From NCBI RefSeq assembly GCF_006345805.1, contig NC_043006.1, positions 105,028,001 through 105,092,000 of the forward strand: a stretch of 64,000 nucleotides of DNA. The letters run 5' to 3'. Every line of letters starts with the position of its first letter. Within the stretch, counting starts at the first letter, position 1. Below, one piece after another: positions 25,269 through 38,214 of this stretch. A model generated the notes under the pieces. The model saw only the letters and a program-made list of their open reading frames with translations, did not search any database and was not told the DNA's origin. Position numbers and translations under genes: made by a program. This DNA is from Octopus sinensis (taxonomy: Eukaryota).

Positions 25269-25404
25269 CGGCGGATTCATATGATGTAATAAAGAAGACA
25301 AAAATATTTCCGACAACACCACCACCACCACCACCATTCTCTCTTTGTCCCTCCCCTCCGCTCTCTCTTTCTCTCTCTCTCTCTCCTCTCTCTCTCTTTC
25401 TCTT

Positions 25405-25665
25405 GCTCGATGAGGCTGCGGTCCTCCCAGGTTAGCAATAACAGAGGTGTTACCGTGCGTATAGGCGACCAGGTCCGTCAGTATCCTCCATCGCTCACGG
25501 TGCCGTTCCAGCTCATCTGCATCCAAGATGACGTCGAGCTTCTACTAGAGATCTTTGTTAATCACGTTCAGCCATTTGGTGCGACGTCGAAGGCGATGAT
25601 CTGGCGGGAGGCAGAAGACATGTCCGTACCAGCGTATGCGACCGATTGCTACAAGGCGGGAGGGA
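25405..25665 (-). mobile_element. RTE-like LINE 3' end
   Basis: RRRTKWLNVINKDL..LDADELERHRERWRILT, typical of RTE C-termini. Confidence 0.65.
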
Positions 25666-26490
25666 TATAAAAAAGAACGAGACCATTTTTTCAAAAGAAA
25701 AATATCTTATTTGTACAACTTGCCACCTTGCAGTTGTTCTGGTGAACTAAAATCGAACACTTCAATCGGAGGCAGAGAAAAGCATAACATATACACACGC
25801 ACACACTTACATGTATGCGTGCAAGAGATCGGTGTGTTAGGTTATACAATGATAAATATAAGTAACGATATTCGCCTATGGGAAATGATATAGCGTGTTA
25901 TGAATGAATCGCTGCATCTATATACTGATGCGTCAGCTATATAGCATTGTAGACAACAACAAAAGTTACATATAGAGAGAGAGAACAATATTCACTAAAT
26001 AACAATGGCAAAGAACAAGAGTAGCGGCATTAACAATCATTCTTAGAACTTCACACAAACCCCCCAAGACACACAAATATCTCCAATGATGCTTTCCATA
26101 GAGACAAAAATAGAAGAAAAATAACAACCAAAAACATATTTCCTGTTTGTTGAGACTGAGAATAAAATAGCACACTGGAATTGTCCACAATGAGACGTTG
26201 GGCTAATTAGGCTCACACATACATACTTTCACACACACACACAAACACACACACATAGGCACATACGCAGACACACACGCAGACACACACATACATACAT
26301 TTAAGCATTCGTACATAGGTATAAGCATCTTCACATTTAGATACGCATATAGCCTGCATCTAAACACACACATCGAAATCATAGAAACATACGCTTGTCT
26401 TAAGAAACACACATTCACATATTGCATGTGTGCATACGTGTCTATTCACTCACCTATGTATTTTTGTATGTATGTATGTATGTATATATG

Positions 26491-26524
<34 letters not shown>

Positions 26525-26643
26525 TGTATATATGTGTGTGTGTGTGTGTGTATGTTTGTACGCATGTATATACAATATACATGCAGAGAGCATTAACCCC
26601 TTCCCGTATGCACGTGTGTATATGTGTGTGTGTTTTTGTCTAC

Positions 26644-26714
<71 letters not shown>

Positions 26715-26719
26715 AGTTA

Positions 26720-27440
26720 ATGGTGAAAAACCGCAGGCCCTGCACTGTCAGCCAGCTTGTGGTAAGAAGCTGCAACAAAGAAATTTTGGACCAAAAGGAG
26801 CGGCGGTCCTAGAGTCAAGTACAGAGCGGGTTTTGGGGATTGATATGAACAATAACTCCTTGTTTCACGAGCAAGTCATCAAGGTGGTGACAACATGCAG
26901 GTGAGCGGCCTGATGGATTCCGAGGACTTTCAGAACGAGGGACGAGGAAACTATATTGATTCTTTGGAGGACATTTGACCACAGCCGTGTGGACTACTGA
27001 TTTCCACTGTGATCAGCCCACAGTGTCAAATTAGTAGCGGAACGATACTACACCAAGGGACCAAGGAACAACTGAGCTACTGGGAGAAATTGTAAGAGAC
27101 ACAGCTCTATATCCTGGATCGAAGACGGTGAGATATGCAGTAATAAATGTTTGTAAGATCTGGAGGTGTTGGCATCAAACTTTGGTATCGAGAGCTCTAC
27201 CAGATCTCGAACTGGATGTCATTACACTCTTCCAAAGGACCCATAAATTCCGTCTACAATGAGGAGTATGTAGTGCAGTAGTTTAGGATTGAAGGGCCCA
27301 CGACTATTTAATACCTTGTCAAAATAGTTGAGCGATCTACATGGTGCAGGGCTAGATGTCCCCAAGAAACAATTTAACCTCCTGCTGTCCAAAATCCCGT
27401 ATGAACCTAAATCAAGACAAGAAACTCGGAAGAGGCTAGC
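26720..27440 (+). mobile_element. CR1-like LINE reverse-transcriptase C-terminal fragment, decayed
   Basis: LGIDMNNN..FHEQVIKVV, WIPRTFRTRDEET, VDY, LSYWEKL motifs across frameshifts. Confidence 0.75.
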
Positions 27441-28339
27441 ACTATCGAACTCAGACCTTCACTAAAAGCCAATCACAAAAGAATGGCAAGTGAAATGTTG
27501 ATAACACTGCAGGTGCCCCAACACAGCGTTTGGGATGAAAAGTATGTAAGTATAAAGGACATGTGTATGTGTGTGTGTATGTGAGTGCGTGCGTGTGTGT
27601 GGGGGGGAGATGTTTTGTCCTGCTGGAGACAAGGGAGCGCAACTTCTGTGCTGATACTGGCTATTAATACAAAATAGGGGCTCCCGACTCTTCCTTTGTT
27701 TCAGGAAGATTGCACTGTCTCTTCTCTGGTAGCATGCCAGCTTTAGAAACGTTCTCATTCTTGAAACTATTTCGCATTCCCATGTGATATTGATACCAAC
27801 TGCCACTAACAATTGTTCTAACACTTGTGGGAAAAAAATGCTAACGTCAGCCAATCAAGGATTTATTTTCTATGGTACTTGATATGCCACATGCCATTGT
27901 TTTCAGATCCATACCACTAACCACTTTCAGTTATTTCTCGGAGCCCATCTTTGCTACACAACCCCCCACCCTATACACAAACATACTCACAACTGTGCGC
28001 GTGCACACACACACACACACACACACACCTACTACAGTTTGAAACATAATTCATATCTTACTCTATTTCATTCTGAGATCTGAAATCCTTTAAGTCCTTT
28101 CTCAAAATATTGATAAGCCCCTATCCTCTGGAGGACAATCCATTGTTGGTGTAGAACACAAGTTTGCTTCCAAATACTCTGGTTTCTTATTGAAGCGAGG
28201 CATTTTTGTGATCATTCACATTAAGATTCAAATGTATTTCCATGTTAAAGGGATTAGCTGCCGATATAGCGAATGCAAAACAGATGAAGGAACTGAATCG
28301 ATTTTACCTAGAGACTGTCCAAATTACGTTCCTCTATAG

Positions 28340-28975
28340 CAGCGGTTATTAACATTGTTTGGGGCAGTGCCCTCCCAGGCAGCGAGTGAAGTAATACGCC
28401 AAAGTAACTTAACATGGATGATAATTTATAAAGTTTCCTTTAAAAAATGGATTGTATAAGCTTTTTAAGGGTGAAACGATAAAACATAAACAATGACAAA
28501 AGTTGTAGATTTACTTTATATATTGCAAGTTAATGATTTCCCTGTGCCTTATGAGCTCAGCTAAATTTTTTATATCAAGTTCAATGTTAGTCAAAGAAGT
28601 TGTAAGTCTCCCTTTTGGCTTGCAGCAAATCATTTCATTGTTTAGTCAGCAATTGCAACACCCCACTGAATATTTTCTGCACTAGATATGAAGATGAAAA
28701 AGTAATGGACAGTAATTTAATTTCTTGTCAAAGTTGAGAATACTTACTTTATATTTTGGGCCAGAATGATTCATAACCAAGCTGTTTAAAATATACTCGA
28801 GCTTCCAAATCAGCTTTTAAGTCGATAATTTCTTCATGAAAACTTGTTTGAGTAGAAGAGACATCAGAAACAAATGGATTTATGATCCACACAGGTATTT
28901 TAAGATCAGTGAAATCTTTAAATCTTATCATTAATTTTTCTTTCTGTGTCCGTGGATGAGAACAATAGCAATCTA
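28340..28975 (-). mobile_element. hAT (Charlie/Buster-like) transposase C-terminus and terminus
   Basis: IPVWIINPF..EEIIDLK, FSSSYLVQKIFS, LTNIELDIKNL; CAGCGGTT terminus at 28340. Confidence 0.75.
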
Positions 28976-29004
28976 TCCGTAGCTAATTGCCAAAGGGAGG
29001 TGAG

Positions 29005-29215
29005 CTGGCAGAGCCGATAGCACGCCGGGCAAAATACTTAGTAGCATGTTGTTCATCTTTATGTTCTGAGTTCTAATTCTGCGGAAGTCTGCTTTCAGGC
29101 TCGATATAAGTACCAGTGGGACACTGGAATAGATGTAATTAACTTTCCTGCATCTCCGAAATTGCTGGCCTTGTGCTAAAATTTGAAACCAATATTAAAT
29201 GGCTTCTTATTATGT
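29005..29215 (+). mobile_element. SINE family B, degenerate
   Basis: Match to the other copies. Confidence 0.75.
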
Positions 29216-29624
29216 TGAATGGTAATTTGGTGATAAATGCATTTATAATTGCCTTGGCTTTAGTTAAATTCATATTATTTCTTTGCAACTTAATGTTAGC
29301 CCTATTCAAGTTAGTAAAATATTAGAAAGATATGCCATATAAACTCTTCCGTTGCTTCATCTATTATACATGTCCTCATCATAGGAATTAAGAAATTCTA
29401 AAACAGTATTATAGAAATCATAAAAACGCTTTAAACAATTTTCATTTGAGAGCCATTGCATCTCAGTATGAAGCAACATGCGCTTCAATTCTTCTTCTAT
29501 GCCGTGGCAAAGCTTCCCAAAGATATGGTCATTCAGTGATTGAGTCTTGACTTTATTTTAATTACATCATTCAAGGTATTATGTAGTCCTCTGCTAAGAT
29601 ATTTTGCAGCCAAATGTTCCCGAT

Positions 29625-29820
29625 GAAATGCGTAGCCGTATTTCGTCTGCCGTTACGTTTTGAGTTCAAATTCCGCCGAGGTCGACTTTGCCTTTCATCC
29701 TTTCGGGATCGATAAATTAAGTACCAGTTACGCACTGGGGTCGATGTAATCGTCCTCATCCGTTTGTCTGTCCTTGTTTGTCCCCTCTGTGTTTAGCCCC
29801 TTGTGGGTAGTAAAGGAATA
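29625..29820 (+). mobile_element. SINE family B, headless internal unit with tail
   Basis: Matches the second unit of 39308-39680. Confidence 0.85.
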
Positions 29821-29869
29821 CATTTATAACTTGTAAGAGAAGAGTTTCTCCAATAGCGTATAGTTTTCC

Positions 29870-30200
29870 TCATTTTGCAATTAATTTTCAAAGTTTATAA
29901 GACATAATCAACCGCTTCTATATTTGCCTAGCTTGTTCGGTAAAAAAAAAAATGAAAGTAAGACGGTTTTTTTAAATAATATTTCATTTGGCAAAAGTAG
30001 TCATCTTTTCCGATGTTTCCTGGACGTATTTTTTTTTTTTGCAAATGTTTACTCATTCTTGAAGGTTTTATTGCTTCATTTGAGAACGCTTTTTCATATA
30101 GTAAAGAGAGGCAATAGCTCATTATTTCTAAACGGTATAAATGAATATTTTTTAATATTCACTCGAGTATTTCACACGTTCTTATTGGGAGGCAACTGTA
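29870..30200 (-). mobile_element. hAT transposase N-terminal (BED-finger-like) fragment; probably the same element as 28340-28975
   Basis: LLYEKAFSNEAIKPSRMSKHL resembles the C-x2-C..SNEAMKPSRL..H motif of Charlie-family transposases; same strand, correct order. Confidence 0.7.
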
Positions 30201-30233
30201 GCTATAGATGTAGCTATTATGATGCGCGAATGC

Positions 30234-30289
<56 letters not shown>

Positions 30290-30690
30290 TCTTTACTCTT
30301 TTACTTGTTTCAGTCATTTGACTGTGGCCATGCTGGAGCACCGCCTTTAGTCGAGCAAATCGACCCCAGGACTTATTCTTTGTAAACCTAGTACTTATTC
30401 CATCGATCTCTTTTGCCGAACCGCTAAGTTACGGGGACGTAAACACACCAGCATCGGTTGTCAAGTGATGTTGGGAGGGCAAACACAGACACACAAACAT
30501 ATATATATATATATATATACATATATACGACGGGCTTCTTTCAGTTTCCGTCTACCAAATCCACTCACAAGGCATTGGTCGGCCCGAGGCTATAGTAGAA
30601 GACACTTACCCAAGTTGTCACGCAGTTGGACTGAACTTGGAACCATGTGGTTGGTAAACAAGCTACTTACCACACAGCCACTCCTACGCC
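30290..30690 (-). mobile_element. SINE family A, full length
   Basis: Reverse complement of the other copies, with (gagtaaa)-type tail. Confidence 0.92.
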
Positions 30691-30932
30691 TACTATATAT
30701 ATCAAAATAAGCAACAAAGATATCCACAGATAATGCAGTACGATCGTACTGCATTACCTTTGGATATTCTTGTTGCTTATTTTTATTTTAATCACCTTAC
30801 TTTGACATTGTATGGATAATACCGTACTAAATACTGGTGTCTCAACTTAAGTATCATATTCATCTGAATTTAAATGTTTGCTGAATTCATCTACCATACC
30901 CAAAGTATATATATATATATATATATATATAC

Positions 30933-31125
30933 TGTTGTGTGGACACCCCCAGGAGAAATGTGGGCGAATAGATAGTAGATGGTGACAGCCAGTAAAGAAG
31001 GGAGTTCGGTTGTTAGTCAGTCACCGACCTATTTTTGGTGCTTTTTGAATCATTATTGTTGCCTGTGAGTTAAATTGTTATATACTTGCCGAAGGTCTCC
31101 CGTAAAGGTGAACCTACTTGTTGAA
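30933..31125 (+). mobile_element. LTR-like fragment
   Basis: Starts TGTTG; shares aagggagttcggt and gcgaagg-like blocks with the LTR at 32750-32820. Confidence 0.45.
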
Positions 31126-31197
31126 TATCATTGTTAAACAGTTGAATTGTTGTTGCTGTTTTTGTTTGTGAAATTACAATTGTTTTCTTCCCCAATC

Positions 31198-32472
31198 ATG
31201 GGTGAAGTAGACAAGAAGCAGAGGATGGAGTGCGAACCAATTCCAGCCGACAGCTATGCTTCAGCCACTGGAAGAAGTTTGACAGCTGACGTGTTGCAGG
31301 TACGAGGGATAAAGATGGAGCAGAGGAAGTTGGAGTTCAACAGACTCATAGAGAAAGATGGAAACAGTTTGAGGTCGACACCGCCAGAAAATTTAACATC
31401 GAGCGTTAGGAAGCGGACAGTGGTGTATAGACCGCTGTCCACGACATTGAAAAGAATATAAATAACCACAGTAGAGGCTACAGAGGAGTGCTTGTAGGAG
31501 GTAAAAAGCCTCAACATTTTACACGAGAGGGAAGAAATAAGGCACAATGGAGGTAAGGTTCGCTAGTGAACAAGAAGTGATAAACCATTCCACTGTTGCG
31601 CTAAGGACACCAGACTGGTTACTTCTGCCAACTTACTGTGGCAAACGAGTGGCCAGGGTAAGGATTGGCAGAGTACTCCCGGAGATAGAGGAGGCGTGGC
31701 TTGTGGCAGCCATCCTGTGTAATATGGAGGAGGACGTGAGAGGTAAACTAATGGGGTTACGGCATTGAAGTTGCCATCCAATTCAGTTTACAGGACTTAC
31801 ATAAGATAACGGAGGATGTAATACTTCCAGAGGACATGAAATTGAGAGTAGTAGTGGAGGGTGATCTCCAACCTGTTACCAGTGTGGCGTAAGGGGACAC
31901 ATGAGAGCAAGGTGTCCCCAGAGCAACGATAAAGGTAGAAAATAACAACAGCCGCAGGGTTATGATCAGGAGAAAAATGCCAAAGCGACGAATCCAGTAT
32001 GTGAGAAGTGTCCAGAGAAGGTGGAGTAGGAGTATACGATGGTGAATATGAAGAAGAATAGGAAAGAAGACATGGATTCACCGCTAAAGAGACCACTAAA
32101 GGAAAGAAAGGAGAGTAAAGAAGAAGCAAAACATTAGATACCAATAACATCAAAGAAGCCAACGCGGAAAAACAATTGGGACAACAGAAACAAAAAGAAC
32201 CAAGGAATAAATGATATTTGGGAACATACGCGGAAAGTACAAAGATAGAGAAGAACATCACAAAAATGAAATCAGTAATAAGAGTGAAACTAATGGCGGA
32301 ATACTATCCAGAGAGCACCAAAGCAATTGTTATTGACAACGAGAGATGTGAGAAACTACAAGAACTGCTCGGAAAGAAGGTAGACCCAACGGGAGTGCGC
32401 GTTGAGTTCGACGAATTGCAGCCGGTAGTAGAGTACGACTACCTGTTGCCGTACATAAAATGGCAAAGATAA
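31198..32472 (+). mobile_element. L1/Tx1-like LINE ORF1 pseudogene with CCHC knuckle, followed by an A-rich tract; no ORF2 seen
   Basis: CYQCGVRGHMRARC at 31874-31915; LLPTYCGKRVARVRIGRV segment; stops and frameshifts. Confidence 0.7.
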
Positions 32473-32639
32473 AAAAAGAAAAGTAAGAAAATATTATAAA
32501 ATGTTAAATAACTGTAGAAACAAATGCAAAAAAAAAAAAAGAAAAAAGAGGACAAAAAGAACTGATTTATAAACGTTAATCAAAAACCGTTTATTTGATT
32601 CTACCTGCGAATGAAGAGCAGGTAAGCCATTTCATCTTC

Positions 32640-33170
32640 ATTGTTATTATGCATCCTTCCTTCGTTCGTTCCGTGTTTCTTTCTCCGCTGTGACGTTTTG
32701 TCTGTCCTTGTGCTGTTACGTTTGTGTTACGGCCGGCGTGCCGAATAAAGGAAATAAAGGGAGTTCGGTAGTTGAGTTGTCAGTAGTTGAGCGAAGGCCT
32801 GTCATCGGTGAAGGTACGCCGTCCGAACCAGCGATATAACAGTGGCGACAAGGTTTCGAATCGTACCGAAATGGAAAAATTACTGAAAGCAGTCGTAAAA
32901 CAACAAGAACAGCAGCAACTACAAAAGTTAATAGAGTTGTTACTGCAGTCGAGAAATACGACAGAATCATTTTCATCGGACGGTGTTGCAAATTCCATCG
33001 AATTTCACTAACAACCGGATGAAGGAACTACTTTTACCGCGTATTACAGACGATACGAAGACATATTCCGAGAGGAATGCAAGGGATGGTCTAGTGAAAA
33101 GAAGGTAAGGCTCCTTTTGCGAAAGCTTGCCCCTCCGGAAACGAAAGATTTTGTAACTTTATTTGGATCT
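32640..33170 (+). mobile_element. Gypsy-type LTR retrotransposon fragment: LTR end, PBS and gag start
   Basis: ...gatataaCA at 32841, then TGGCGAC PBS; MEKLL..TFTAYYRRYEDIFREECKGWSSEKKVRLLLRKL; LTR start uncertain. Confidence 0.8.
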
Positions 33171-33359
33171 TTTCGGTTTGAACGGCAGTTTATTCTAGCG
33201 GTGTCATATGAAATTGTCACCCATAATTATGACCCTAGTATCGATCTATTGCATTTCAATCTGTTTTAAGGTTAGGGGTGTGGGGAAGGGTATCTTTTTT
33301 TCTTCACAAATGTAAATAAACCCAATCTGTTTCTTAAACGAGGGACATATTCATACGGC

Positions 33360-33601
33360 ACAGAACTGGGATGCGGGACGAGCGTGTCTGCATACGCGGA
33401 CGACGTCACCGTCATAGTGTCTAGCCACGAGCACATCGAGCAGGTCAGCGAGACTCTGAAAAACTACGAAGCGGTGACAGGAGCGAAAATCAACCGGGAA
33501 AAATCAGTGGGCTTGCGACTCGGCACCTGGAGAAGCAAGCCCATGCCGTCCACCAGCGCCTCCATCGTGGGACGCTGGACCGACGGTCCGGTCGAGTTGC
33601 T
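33360..33601 (+). mobile_element. Inverted RT segment of the adjacent LINE
   Basis: LGCGTSVSAYADDVTVIVS..GAKINREKSVGL; continues the RT that breaks off at 33602 on the minus strand. Confidence 0.85.
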
Positions 33602-35520
33602 CGCTTCCGCAATAATGACTCGACAGTCAATACGTAAAGAAGCGACGAGAGGGAGCATCCCTTACGGAGCGAACGTGCGATGTCGAAAGGTCTCGATAGA
33701 TGTCCATTTACGCGAATTACCGAGCGGATGCCTCTGAACAAAACGGCTATCTTGTCGCGGAAGTTATCTATTACATTCCCCTTGTTTAGATCTTCAGCAG
33801 CGTTACGGCTCCTCGACTCACAAAACCGGGTATGCTCCCGTTTTGCTCCCAGTTGCAGTATACCGCTGCCAAGACGTCTCCAAACAAGTATGGCATACAA
33901 TTGTAAAACTCGTAGGGCAGACCATCTAAACCCGGCGATTTGTCTCTCGAGCATTCTGCCATTGCGTCCCGCACATCAGCCGCCGTGATGGCACCTTCGC
34001 AGCACTCTGCCTCTCTTGCCGAGAGTCGTGGCAGGCTGTGCAGGTAGGCACTGAAGTCCACCCTGCGTTCACGCTCACCACTCGTCCCGTACAGTCGGGC
34101 AAAGTGCCGCTGAAATGTCTCGCACATCTTGTTCGTCTACCAGAGACCGAATGGTGGCTTTGTTGCCCTGCTGCGCCTCCGCCACCCAGGTTTCTCTCGC
34201 GGCTCCAATACCTTCCATCCTTAGAGCACGCATCCTAGCCCTGACAGCATACCTTTCGTGTTTGGCGTTGAAGGGTTGTGGGCAATAATGCTGGCTCTTT
34301 TGTTTTTTCCTGCGGCTGTTATTGTTGTTGTCGTTGTTTTGCGGCAGATTTGCAATCCTTTTTGAGGTGTGCTTCACTGCCGCATATATAACAGCGTGGT
34401 CTTCTGCTCTCGACTACTACACACAACTTGTGGTCTTCCGCATGATGTATATGGGTGGGTATTTTGTTAATGGTGTCCTGGTTTATGTGGAGGAGAATCT
34501 CCAGTCTCTTTCCCACCAAGTTCTTGTGTTCTGAAACAGCGATTTGCAGGATGTTTATGTCCTCCTTTTCGACGCATATGGCCGATGTTATCCATAGTGT
34601 GTCTGTTATTTGAGGAACATTATCCATAATGACTTTTGTTACCCTCTGGCCAGGCATTTTTCGATTTTGTCTGTTTTTGCTTTTTCTGGACTTTTAGTTG
34701 TGTTGTTTATTATTTTATATATAATTGTTTTCTTTTTTTCGTCATCCAGTACGTGTTGGCGTATGTTTGCCATTTTCTTTGGTGATTAGGGCTTTGGTAT
34801 CTTTTATCTGCTGTGCAGTATTGTCTTATTTTCTTTTATCGCCTCGGCGAATTTTGTTGCTGTTTTGTTATTGTTGTTACTACAGGTGGTGTTGGTGTTG
34901 ATGGCAGGGGTGAAGGTTGTGGGTATATTAGGTGTGTGGTTGCTGATTATGCAACTAGCAAGGGGTGGAAAATTGTTTGCATAATTTGCGCCTGCGTTTG
35001 AGCAAATTTCGGCAATTCGTTTGGTGGTCGCGGCTTTTTCTTTCTCTCCTTCAATTGTTGGTGATGGAGGGAGCAATGGCTGAAGGGAATATTAGTTGTT
35101 GTTGTTGTTATTATTGCTATTATTGTCGTTCTTGGTGGCGGCGGTGGTGTTAGTGACAGAGGAAGCAGTCGTAGCAGCAGATATTGAAGTGGTGGCATTG
35201 GTATTGACGGCACGGTCTTTGGTGGCGGTGATGGTGATTGGTCTGGTGACCTTGGTTTTGTTGTTGTTGATGGTAGTGGTATCGTTAGCAGAGGGAGCAG
35301 TTGTAGCAGCAGAAGCCGCCATGGTGGTGGTGTCGGTGACGGTGCTTGGCCTTGTGATCTTGGTTTTGTAGTTGTTGCTGTTGATGCTGATAGTGGTGGT
35401 GGTGTTAGAGACGTTCAAACTGTCAGGTTCAGCGTATGGTGACAGGAAATCCTGCTCTTTTGTTTCGGCGCCACGCATGACTTGCGCCAGGGCCTCGTGG
35501 TGAACAGTAGCCATTTTTGA
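33602..35520 (-). mobile_element. L1/Tx1-like LINE: Thr/Asn-rich ORF1 with CCHC knuckle joined to mid-ORF2 RT; endonuclease region missing
   Basis: CYICGSEAHLKKDC; KSPGLDGLPYEFY; SLRKGCSLSSLLYVL. Confidence 0.85.
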
Positions 35521-35705
35521 AAATAAAAATGGCTAAAATAAAGGCCACGAAACCATTGAGAATTTTTTAAAATTTTGCCCACAAAGGGCGAAATTTTGTG
35601 TGGAGGTTAATGAAAGTATGTGTTGGGTGTTGTTGTACACCTTTTAGACATAAAATGTTTGATAATCAACAATTTTAAACGTAGAAAACTACCAACTTAC
35701 TTTCA

Positions 35706-35850
<145 letters not shown>

Positions 35851-36264
35851 GATATAGAGAGAGATGGATAAATTGATGGATATATAGCTACGACTCTATG
35901 GGTAGTCAGATTACACATACAATATACAGTTTATCACATTCATTCAAAATATTCTTCGCTGTATCTGTCACTAATTTGAGGTTTTAGCCTGCTGCCTAAA
36001 TTCAGAGTGCATTCATCTTCGCATCTGATTGTTGATGGCACAAAACGATAAACTCGGAGCAGTGACGTGGTAAATTTTCATCTTTGAAGGAACACAAACA
36101 CACATACACACATAAGCACACACGCACACACACGCACTCTCATGCACACACACATATACAAGTACAAACACAAGTATTTATCTATCATTATGTGTGTGTA
36201 TGTATATATATAATATATATATATATATATATTTATACACATATACATATATGTGATATATATA

Positions 36265-36307
<43 letters not shown>

Positions 36308-36940
36308 TGTATGTATATATATATATAATATATATATTTGCACGTATATATTTATACTCATATACATATATACGTATACATATGTGTATAAATATATATA
36401 TATCTATGTATGTATATATGCATTCATATGTATATATGTATATGTACATATGTATACATATACATACATATTCATATATATGTGTGCGTGTGTGCTTGTG
36501 TGCATACATATATGTGTGTGTGAGTGTGTGTGCATATATGTTCGAAGGTGTACACGTTGGCGTATTTATTTGTCATATACCAGCTTCCATTTTAATTAGA
36601 TATTCTATGTTTCTCTAAATCTATAGCGATCAAATAGGTCTACAAGCTGTTATTTTGATCTTTACTCATAATTCTTGCTGAATTGCTATCTCTTTGAACT
36701 TCTCTATGCGGATCGATGTGGCACAAGGTTAAAAGAAAATACCAATGAAGTGAATATTAGTTCAAAGTATAAACAATTATGTTATACTATTTCACAGCAG
36801 ATCAAATATTCGTATGTGCGCGTGTGCTTGCGTTTAAATGTAAACGTGTGGTTCTCCGACTTTATATTTATATCTTTGTGAGTATGCGTGTGCGTGTGTG
36901 TATGATTGTGTGTGTGTCTGTGTATGTGTGTGTTAGGTTT

Positions 36941-36986
<46 letters not shown>

Positions 36987-37192
36987 TGCATACATATAAT
37001 TCTGTATATATAAGGGTGTATATTGCACGTATGAGTCGGTGTCTGAATGGATGCGTGTATCCGGCTGATAGTGTGTAATGTGGTTGTTGAACTCAATATG
37101 TGTGCGTGTGATTGCGTATATATGGATATAGGTATGCACGTATGCGTCTGCATGTGAGTGTATGTCGCCAATGTACTCTTAGAAGGACATAC

Positions 37193-37219
<27 letters not shown>

Positions 37220-37227
<8 letters not shown>

Positions 37228-37590
37228 CAACAATTGAGGGTAAAATTAATTAATTATTAATCAATTTCACCAAGTATTCAGTATGCAAAGGGACCATTTA
37301 AGGCGAATTCAAATTATTACTTTATATAAAAGGGCTTAGTAAAATAAATTACTTTGCCGCATACTGAACTCATTAGAAATAGTAGCTAAAAAAACTTTTT
37401 TAAAACTATTTCTAATACTTAAAGAAAACCTCTCTCATATAGTGCTTGCTCAATTCAACTCACGAAAGTATGGGGGTAAAGACATTAAAAAATCAAATGC
37501 AAAGGTTATTTGAGAACGTACGTTTCAAGATTAGTCAACTCGACATTTCTATCATCAGCTCAGAACTCCTTGGTTTGGATTTGAAAATAT
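37220..37590 (-). mobile_element. Penelope-LTR-like fragment between (AT)n tracts
   Basis: Contains a hammerhead motif. Confidence 0.5.
37511..37562 (-). ncRNA. Type I hammerhead motif
   Basis: UGAG-CUGAUGA-uAGA..GUC/GAC..UCUu-GAAA-CGUACG-UU-CUCA; palindromic stem III ACGUACGU. Confidence 0.7.
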
Positions 37591-37750
37591 ATATATATAT
37601 ATATGTATATCTATCTAGCTATCTCTCTCTATATATATGTGTGTCTATATCTATCTATCTATCTATCTGTCTATCTCTCTATCTCTCTCTCTCTCAATAT
37701 ATATATATATATATGTTTGTGTGCATGTATATATATGTATGTATGTATAA

Positions 37751-37798
<48 letters not shown>

Positions 37799-37999
37799 GT
37801 ATGTTTATATATATGTATGTATGTATGTATATATATATAAATTTCCATATATGTATGTAACTAAGTATATAATACGCGCATACGCACATACACACACGCA
37901 CACACGTACATGCAAACACGTAGACAAATAGTTATCTGTATATGTATGCTTTTAAGAATTTATATATTATGAATATTTGTATATATAATTAAATACACG

Positions 38000-38060
<61 letters not shown>

Positions 38061-38182
38061 TTATATGTATATATATGTGTGTGTGTGTGTGTGTGTTTGT
38101 GTGTTTCTGTGTTTGCATGTATGTATCATGTGTATCTATGCATATGTATTAATATACGTGTGCATATATGTGTGTGTGTATG

Positions 38183-38214
<32 letters not shown>

